Positions 15,838 through 21,214 of a DNA stretch of 21,214 nucleotides are shown in pieces (the first letter of the stretch is position 1; each line of letters begins with the position of its first letter). The DNA is from a virus. The notes under the pieces were generated by a model. It saw nothing but the letters and a program-made list of their open reading frames with translations, had not been told where the DNA came from and did not search any database. The DNA is taken from IMG/VR virus record IMGVR_UViG_3300010351_001766. One strand, given 5' to 3'. Both the position numbers and the translations under genes were made by a program.

Positions 15838-16000
15838 GCGGGGGGTTCATACAATAAGTGCCTTAAATCCCCGGAAAGAATCTACTTTATAGAGTAGGTA
15901 AAAATAAAATATTGTATCTTGTTCGCACGCACGCATACGCACGGTCGAGCGCATGTAAACGCGATTATAATAGATACCCCTCTCGAAATTATTTTTGAGA
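15838..16000. other. Structured non-coding region at the strand switch (candidate origin or ncRNA)
   Basis: Hairpins GGGGGTT/AATCCCC, ATCTACT/AGTAGGT and TCTCGAAA/TTTTGAGA, plus the run CGCACGCACGCATACGCACG. Confidence 0.4.
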
Positions 16001-16028
16001 AACATTTTTTTATTTAGAAAATTATTTG

Positions 16029-16036
16029 TACATTTA
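16029..16036 (+). promoter_or_regulatory. -7 promoter box variant TACATTTA (rightward arm)
   Basis: 17 nt upstream of the ATG at 16054. Confidence 0.6.
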
Positions 16037-16053
16037 CCCAAAATTAAAGAGTA

Positions 16054-16320
16054 ATGCCTCGAAGAAAAAAAGAAAGACCATTTCATTACTGGAATTACAG
16101 GGTGATCACAACTTTGCATCCTTCTGGTGAGAGATTATTTTCAGTTACAGAGGTTCATTATGAAAATGGAGTTCCCCAGGGTTCTGCTGATAAAAATATA
16201 ATGCAAGGATTTTCTTCTTTGAAAGAACTTATATGGACTAATAACCGTATAAAAGAAGCATTGAAAAAACCTATACTTGATGGGGATAATTGGCCAAATG
16301 AATGGATTGAGGAAAAATAA
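16054..16320 (+). CDS. Hypothetical phage protein
   Basis: 88 aa, WNYRV...EVHYENGVP pattern. Confidence 0.75.
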   Translation: MPRRKKERPFHYWNYRVITTLHPSGERLFSVTEVHYENGVPQGSADKNIMQGFSSLKELIWTNNRIKEALKKPILDGDNWPNEWIEEK

Positions 16321-16322
16321 TT

Positions 16323-16613
16323 ATGAAACCAGAAATTTTTACATTTGAAGGAAAAGAATATAATATTCTTAGCGAGCATAAAGGGGAGACTGAAAGGGGT
16401 CATTATGAAATAAAGATTTCAGATGTAACCAGAGAAAGAGAATTATTTGCGTGGAGGCCTTGGTGGGTTGGCAATAAATTCAGATGGTTGAAAAAAATAA
16501 AAATTATAGAAAGACTTACATTTGCCCGGGATACTTCTTTTGATGATGGATGGACATATCAAGAGTATTGGGGAAAATGGGAAGAAGAGTGGGAAGCCGA
16601 AGAAATATTATAA
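16323..16613 (+). CDS. Hypothetical Trp-rich phage protein
   Basis: 96 aa, FAWRPWW...RWLKKI pattern; TAATG overlap with the ligase gene. Confidence 0.75.
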   Translation: MKPEIFTFEGKEYNILSEHKGETERGHYEIKISDVTRERELFAWRPWWVGNKFRWLKKIKIIERLTFARDTSFDDGWTYQEYWGKWEEEWEAEEIL

Positions 16614-17782
16614 TGGGATACGTATTAAAATATAAGGACGCACAGGAAATATCTCAGAAGTATAATAACAACAACTTCTGGGAATTCTCCTTTATGAAAG
16701 ATGGATATAAACTTTCCTCTTTCAACTATTTTATTTGTGGATGGAATGATTTCGAAACCCCTCTACCAAATCGGCCTGAAGTAAATGCTTTTGATATGAG
16801 GGGAACCACTTTTGTATTTAATAAAGACGGTTCCCTTTGGAAAACTTTTCTTATGCTTCCTAAATTTTTCAACATTAATCAAGTTGAATCCACCCAATAT
16901 GGGAAAATCAAGGATAAGAAGATTCTTAATATTACTGCTAAAGAAGATGGATCATTGGTAGCATTTATGATGTTACCAAACGGAAAGCTTTTTTCTAAAA
17001 CGATAGGATCTTTTACCAGCGAACAGGCAGAAGCAGCTTACAAACTTCTTTATGAGGACGAAGAACAAGTTCTTTGGGTAAAAAATATGCTCAATAGCGG
17101 ATATACTCCTTTATTTGAATATCTTTCCTGGGATAACAGGGTTGTTGTAAAATATGCAGCTCCCCATCTTTGTCTTATTGGGGTGAGAGATAATATCACG
17201 GGAGCTTATTATGCTGCCGAAGAATTAGTTAGAAATTCCATTCCAATGTCTATGCATCTTGCTGGATCATACGCAGGAGACTTGGATTATTATGTTGAGC
17301 TTGCTAAAACTATGGAAGGAAAAGAGGGATGGGTGGTTAAATTTACCGATGGCCAGCTTGTCAAAATCAAAACTGCTTGGTATTTCAAACTCCATGGATT
17401 GAGAACTCAGGATATTAATCGTGAAGATTATGTTATCAAAAATTATCTCGAAGAAACTCTTGACGATGTTATGTCCCAACTTGACCCATCAGAGGATGCA
17501 GATGCCTTTGCTTTTGTAAAGAAAGTTACAGATGCAATTGATAATTATATCATTCATGTTGATAAAGGAGTAGATGAATTAGTTGAATTATGGAATTCAT
17601 CCTTTTATAATGGTCATTGGTCTAAATTTGCAACCGACAATCATAAGAAAGCTTTTTTTGGTTTAGCAAGGGTAAAAATTGATAAACCTGAGGATTATCA
17701 GAGAAAGAAGAAAGATATGATATTGGCTTTAACCAATCATTTAAAACCAGCGAAACAAATTGTCGAAAAATGGAAAAGATAA
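16613..17782 (+). CDS. T4 Rnl1-family RNA ligase
   Basis: PKFFNINQ, motif I KEDGSL, TPLFEYLSWDNRVVVKY, motif IV EGWVV, motif V KIKTAWY. Start at 16613 from the TAATG overlap. Confidence 0.9.
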   Translation: MGYVLKYKDAQEISQKYNNNNFWEFSFMKDGYKLSSFNYFICGWNDFETPLPNRPEVNAFDMRGTTFVFNKDGSLWKTFLMLPKFFNINQVESTQYGKIKDKKILNITAKEDGSLVAFMMLPNGKLFSKTIGSFTSEQAEAAYKLLYEDEEQVLWVKNMLNSGYTPLFEYLSWDNRVVVKYAAPHLCLIGVRDNITGAYYAAEELVRNSIPMSMHLAGSYAGDLDYYVELAKTMEGKEGWVVKFTDGQLVKIKTAWYFKLHGLRTQDINREDYVIKNYLEETLDDVMSQLDPSEDADAFAFVKKVTDAIDNYIIHVDKGVDELVELWNSSFYNGHWSKFATDNHKKAFFGLARVKIDKPEDYQRKKKDMILALTNHLKPAKQIVEKWKR

Positions 17783-17794
17783 AGAAATAATTCG

Positions 17795-17802
17795 TATATT
17801 TG
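17795..17802 (+). promoter_or_regulatory. -7 promoter box TATATTTG
   Basis: 4 nt upstream of the ATG at 17807. Confidence 0.7.
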
Positions 17803-17806
17803 TACT

Positions 17807-18184
17807 ATGGAAGAACAAGGAATAAAAATAGAAACATCCATTTGGGATAATCTCTTATATGAGATCTGGAAAAATAGGGAAGGAAAGGAAGAAATACGAT
17901 TTGCTGGGGTTGATATGGGGAACAGAACATATCTGGTCAAATGGATTGATGATAAAACATTTATTGCCAAAACCCCCAGCTGTAATGTTCTCTGCGGGGC
18001 AAGAGGGTGCGGAATGGTTTATCCCTTTCCTACAAAATATATTCTCTGCAAAATTGATTCAACCCCCCTTCCAAAGGATTATACTGCCTGGACAGGCCGA
18101 TTAACCATTACTCATGAAATGACTTGCGGAAGACAATGGAAGGATGGAATAAAGCAACTTGAAGAATTAGCAAAAACTATTTAA
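17807..18184 (+). CDS. Hypothetical protein
   Basis: 125-aa ORF with its own promoter box. Confidence 0.75.
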   Translation: MEEQGIKIETSIWDNLLYEIWKNREGKEEIRFAGVDMGNRTYLVKWIDDKTFIAKTPSCNVLCGARGCGMVYPFPTKYILCKIDSTPLPKDYTAWTGRLTITHEMTCGRQWKDGIKQLEELAKTI

Positions 18185-18186
18185 TT

Positions 18187-18666
18187 ATGTTTCAGAAAGG
18201 CCCAATAAAAATATTTGTAAGAAGCAAACCAGAATTTAATGATCTAATGATCTCCAATAATTTATCTGATAAGAATGTTGAAGAAAAAACTGATGTGGCC
18301 TTTATATCCATCAATGATACTCATGGGGCATGGAGTCAATCTTGGTTTGATCAGGATCATCCTAATGTTATCAGACTTTGGTTTGACGATGTTGAAAATG
18401 ATACAGATAAATTCTCCCCAACTAATACTGAAGGGGTTAAAGCATTTACAGTTGAAGATGCCACAAGGCTAAGAAATTTTATCAAGGATAATAAAGATAA
18501 AAAAGTTTTTATTGTTCATTGCTCTGCTGGTATAAGCAGAAGTGGTGCGGTCGGTCAATTTATCTGCGATTTTTTTAGATGCGATCGTCAGGAGTTCTTA
18601 AATGATAATCCATTTATACACCCAAATGGCAGGGTGACCAGAATGTTGAACAATCTAAATTACTAA
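18187..18666 (+). CDS. Cys-dependent (CX5R) phosphatase, PTP/DSP-like
   Basis: FIVHCSAGISRSGAV active-site loop, LWFDD acid loop, HPN near the C-terminus. Confidence 0.88.
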   Translation: MFQKGPIKIFVRSKPEFNDLMISNNLSDKNVEEKTDVAFISINDTHGAWSQSWFDQDHPNVIRLWFDDVENDTDKFSPTNTEGVKAFTVEDATRLRNFIKDNKDKKVFIVHCSAGISRSGAVGQFICDFFRCDRQEFLNDNPFIHPNGRVTRMLNNLNY

Positions 18667-18668
18667 CA

Positions 18669-18944
18669 ATGAATAACGATTTGACAAAACTTTCTCAGAA
18701 AGAGCTTGAAGAAAAAAAGAGAAAAATTTTTGAATCTGCAGATTGTATTTTAGAGCTCAATGCATCTAGAACAAACGAATACAATAGGAAGGTTCAAAAG
18801 CGATGGGTAAACCCCGTAAAACTTTTATCTCTTAAACGACAACTGGATCTGCTTTCATCGGCTCATGATCTTCTTAATGAGTATTCTAGAACTCTTACGG
18901 ATGAGTCAAATAGAAGAATGGCCAATTCTAATTCTAGGGAATAA
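18669..18944 (+). CDS. Hypothetical coiled-coil protein
   Basis: 91 aa; TAATG overlap downstream. Confidence 0.7.
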   Translation: MNNDLTKLSQKELEEKKRKIFESADCILELNASRTNEYNRKVQKRWVNPVKLLSLKRQLDLLSSAHDLLNEYSRTLTDESNRRMANSNSRE

Positions 18945-19342
18945 TGCCTACTAGAGAATATAGAAGGCTTTGGTGTAAACATTGTCAAAATTGGGAGCTT
19001 TTTGAACAACATTATCCCAATTGGGAAGATTGGTTTTGCAAAAAATGTGAGAATGTTCATGAAAAAACTCTTTTATCTGAAATTCCAGAAGAACTAATTT
19101 TGGAACAAAGAAAAAGATATATTGAATGGAATACTAAGGAAACCAATAAATTATTTGGAGATTTAATGATGACCCCCGAAGACCATGCATTAAAGGAATT
19201 TCTACACATGTTCAGCAAGCCCGGGGAGTCATTATTACAGAAAGCGATGCCTTATTCGAAAGATGAAGGAAACATACGAAAATGCTGTAAAACATTACAG
19301 AGATTATCAATTGGTTCTTTCTGTGGATTATCATCCGGATGA
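18944..19342 (+). CDS. Zinc-ribbon protein (CxxC...CxxC); 3' end probably frameshifted
   Basis: WCKHC...FCKKC. The last 80 nt overlap the next gene; an alternative end at 19266 is possible (see findings). Confidence 0.6.
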   Translation: MPTREYRRLWCKHCQNWELFEQHYPNWEDWFCKKCENVHEKTLLSEIPEELILEQRKRYIEWNTKETNKLFGDLMMTPEDHALKEFLHMFSKPGESLLQKAMPYSKDEGNIRKCCKTLQRLSIGSFCGLSSG

Positions 19343-19481
19343 AATATTAAGTGAAGCAGCAAGGGAAGCTGAAATAGATGATATGGTATTTCCTTGTAAA
19401 ACAGTAATGTGGGTGGATGCTAAAAAAGTTTCTGCCAAATGTGGATATGGTGCTCAACCAAAAATAATTGCTAATAAATGA
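19263..19481 (+). CDS. Hypothetical phage protein (LSVDYHP...FPxKTxM...GYGA type), possibly N-terminally truncated
   Basis: 72 aa; ATGA overlap with the downstream ORF. Confidence 0.7.
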   Translation: MKETYENAVKHYRDYQLVLSVDYHPDEILSEAAREAEIDDMVFPCKTVMWVDAKKVSAKCGYGAQPKIIANK

Positions 19482-19681
19482 TGGGAAAAGTTATTATAGA
19501 TGTTCAGATGCTTGGCATGAATTTCATGCAAGTGATATTCAGGGAAGCAGCGGAATTAGCTACTGAAAAAGGTTTGGACTCCGAAAAAATATCGAAAGAA
19601 CTTGCAGAAGCTCCAACGCAAGAAGACTTTATGGAAATTATTGAGAAAAATTTTGGGGATGAACTCATAATTTTATTCTAA
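19478..19681 (+). CDS. Small acidic hypothetical protein
   Basis: 67 aa, helical. Confidence 0.7.
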   Translation: MMGKVIIDVQMLGMNFMQVIFREAAELATEKGLDSEKISKELAEAPTQEDFMEIIEKNFGDELIILF

Positions 19682-19708
19682 AATATTTTTTTATAAGAAA
19701 ACTTTTAG

Positions 19709-19716
19709 TATATTTG
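19709..19716 (+). promoter_or_regulatory. -7 promoter box TATATTTG
   Basis: 4 nt upstream of the ATG at 19721. Confidence 0.72.
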
Positions 19717-19720
19717 CATC

Positions 19721-20374
19721 ATGGCATTTACCCGAAATATGGACCCTAAAGATTCCATGGAAATTGGAAGAAAAAAGGATGCAATCGAAATAAAGGAAAT
19801 TGTATTTTCTATAAGAGGATGCCCAATAGAACTTAAATATCCCAACGAAATTATTGAATTTCTGAAAAAATTTCAGGATCTTGATTTTCCAAAGGATCTT
19901 ATCTTTGCTCCTCATAACATAGTTTTGAAAAAGGAGGAAATAGTAGAAGATTATTCAATGGATCTTGCTAGGGCTTTAGCAGCTCAGAAAAACGGATACG
20001 TTCCTCCTTATAGGGATCCAGTTGCGACTAAAAAGGTTTTTAAGGAAATCAGGCTTTATGAGTATGCCGGAAAAACCATTTTATATTGTGGCAAATTTTT
20101 TGAAATGCCATCTATAGCTAAGATAATTGAAAAACGAATAAATTATCTTACAGAAGATGAGGAAAGATATTTAAAGAGGAAAGAAGAGGAGGAAGAAAAA
20201 AAGTTCAAAGAAATGTCGGCTATGCTAGATTTATTCAAAATGAAACAGGCCATGAAAATAAAAGAAGCCGAAATGGAAGAAGAAATGAAAAAAGAAATGA
20301 TTAAATCGGCAGCAGGTTCTTTTATTATGAAAAAAACAGATGCTATTATAAAACTTGTTAATGGACTTCTTTAA
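19721..20374 (+). CDS. Hypothetical protein with an FxRxxDPxxxxxIGRK N-terminal motif
   Basis: 217 aa, K/E/M-rich coiled C-terminus. Confidence 0.8.
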   Translation: MAFTRNMDPKDSMEIGRKKDAIEIKEIVFSIRGCPIELKYPNEIIEFLKKFQDLDFPKDLIFAPHNIVLKKEEIVEDYSMDLARALAAQKNGYVPPYRDPVATKKVFKEIRLYEYAGKTILYCGKFFEMPSIAKIIEKRINYLTEDEERYLKRKEEEEEKKFKEMSAMLDLFKMKQAMKIKEAEMEEEMKKEMIKSAAGSFIMKKTDAIIKLVNGLL

Positions 20375-20843
20375 ATTTATAGAAACATCCCCAGAAGAGA
20401 TAAAGGATTATCTCGAAAAATGTCGTAAGACACCTCAAAGTCCTACATGGCATCCTGAAGGGGATGTGCTTAAACATACAAAAATAGTTTTTAGCAGAGC
20501 GGCAAAAACGGGTGATATAAATTACATGTTTGCTGCTATATTTCATGATCTTGGTAAAACGGAATCCACCAAACTTAACAAAAGAGGATCCTGGAGTTCC
20601 TATGGACATGAATTTATATCAGCTCGCCTGGTCATCAAACACAAAGACTGGATTTCCAGCCAAGGTGCAGATGTAGATCTTGTTCATGATCTTGTTATCT
20701 CTCACATGAAAATTAAGATGATGGATGAGATGAGAAAACCCAAGCAAGAAGAATTTAAGGCTAAACCTAATTATGAAAAAATAAAGGAGTTTTCGTCTTT
20801 TGATAATATGAAAACGCTAACTCCAGAAGAACTCTCTCTTTAA
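20361..20843 (+). CDS. HD-domain phosphohydrolase (type found in CCA-adding enzymes and HD-Pnk)
   Basis: QSPTWHPEGDVLKHT, AAIFHDLGK, YGHE, SHM, final Asp. The ATG is at 20361; the track start at 20355 is a TTG. Confidence 0.88.
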   Translation: MDFFKFIETSPEEIKDYLEKCRKTPQSPTWHPEGDVLKHTKIVFSRAAKTGDINYMFAAIFHDLGKTESTKLNKRGSWSSYGHEFISARLVIKHKDWISSQGADVDLVHDLVISHMKIKMMDEMRKPKQEEFKAKPNYEKIKEFSSFDNMKTLTPEELSL

Positions 20844-20870
20844 TTTTTCATTTCTTTTTTCTTTTTTTTT

Positions 20871-20902
20871 ACCCTCTGTCAGAAATGGCAGAGGGTTTTT
20901 TG
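20871..20902 (+). terminator. Intrinsic terminator ending the rightward cluster
   Basis: ACCCTCTGTCA-GAAA-TGGCAGAGGGT followed by a T run. Confidence 0.85.
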
Positions 20903-20923
20903 TGTCGCCATATCCCTGTTTAT

Positions 20924-20939
20924 TTTTTTGAATAAATAA
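20924..20939 (+). promoter_or_regulatory. Candidate phage (late-type) promoter TTTTTTGAATAAATAA
   Basis: Directly after a terminator, 18 nt before the ATG at 20958; identical to 13129-13144. Confidence 0.45.
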
Positions 20940-20957
20940 GATAAATTAGGAATATTA

Positions 20958-21214
20958 ATGAATTTTTCCACATTCACGAAAATTTCTTCAGGAAATCTTA
21001 TATATTTTAGGAATGAAACCCCAATAGAAAATGTTGGCACTTTAAAATTTTATACGGACAACGCTTCGGGGACATTCTTAAAAAAAGAATTCCGCTGGTC
21101 ATTTGATAGGAATTACTGGTCTTCTTGGGAAACCTTGAATATAGGAAATATTGCAAAGGTCAACACTGGGAATAACAGATACCTATTTTTTGAAATAAAG
21201 TATACCATGACCAG
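20958..21214 (+). CDS. Partial CDS running off the window edge; hypothetical, possibly a virion protein
   Basis: Not in the ORF track: MNFSTFTKISSGNLIYFRNETPIENVGTLKFYTDNASGTFLKKEFRWSFDRNYWSSWETLNIGNIAKVNTGNNRYLFFEIKYTMT..., beta-rich and N/T/S-rich. Confidence 0.7.
   Translation, partial: MNFSTFTKISSGNLIYFRNETPIENVGTLKFYTDNASGTFLKKEFRWSFDRNYWSSWETLNIGNIAKVNTGNNRYLFFEIKYTMT

Noticed and set aside
15847-16119. ORF containing NFERGI, identical to the start of ORF 13129-13353
   Set aside because: A 6-aa match is plausible by chance in six frames. The DPxxxxxIG half of the motif is absent, and the ORF overlaps a promoter, hairpins and a real gene.
16550-16612. Track start of the RNA ligase at 16550
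   Set aside because: It overlaps the upstream gene by 64 nt. The TAATG-coupled ATG at 16613 is more plausible.
1-21214. Stop-codon reassignment as in some huge phages
   Set aside because: Recognisable genes are intact under code 11, and TAA, TGA (e.g. 4473, 11047) and TAG (15387) all end genes at sensible positions.
1-21214. CRISPR array, rRNA, integrase or IS element
   Set aside because: No repeat-spacer periodicity, rRNA-like sequence, recombinase or transposase motifs were seen.

Overview
Gene-dense, AT-rich segment that most likely comes from a large (jumbo-type) tailed phage of a Bacteroidota host. Evidence: T4-like replication and repair genes (clamp loader ATPase, RNase H/5'-3' exonuclease, Rnl1 RNA ligase) among many short hypothetical ORFs; twelve Bacteroidota-type TAnnTTTG(-7)-like promoter boxes; A-rich start regions without obvious Shine-Dalgarno sequences; a Gln-start signal peptide; standard code 11. 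Genes run leftward (- strand) from about 15.76 kb to the window start, except one inserted + strand endonuclease gene, and rightward (+ strand) from about 16.05 kb. Most notable observations: (1) three promoters carry a TTAAC-N5/6-TTAAC direct repeat at the same 33-nt offset from the -7 box, and one of them drives an orphan OmpR-family regulator with a dead receiver domain, suggesting a small phage regulon; (2) an 80-nt tRNA-like RNA with its own promoter and no normal anticodon arm; (3) a dispersed RNA end-healing/sealing gene set (Rnl1, P-loop kinase, CX5R phosphatase, HD hydrolase, Pol-beta nucleotidyltransferase); (4) two small proteins resembling pieces of host translation factors (bS1 C-terminal tail; ArfA/BrfA core); (5) an NfeD-flotillin pair; (6) a structured divergent intergenic region that may be an origin. 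All family assignments come from motif recognition by eye, with no database searches.
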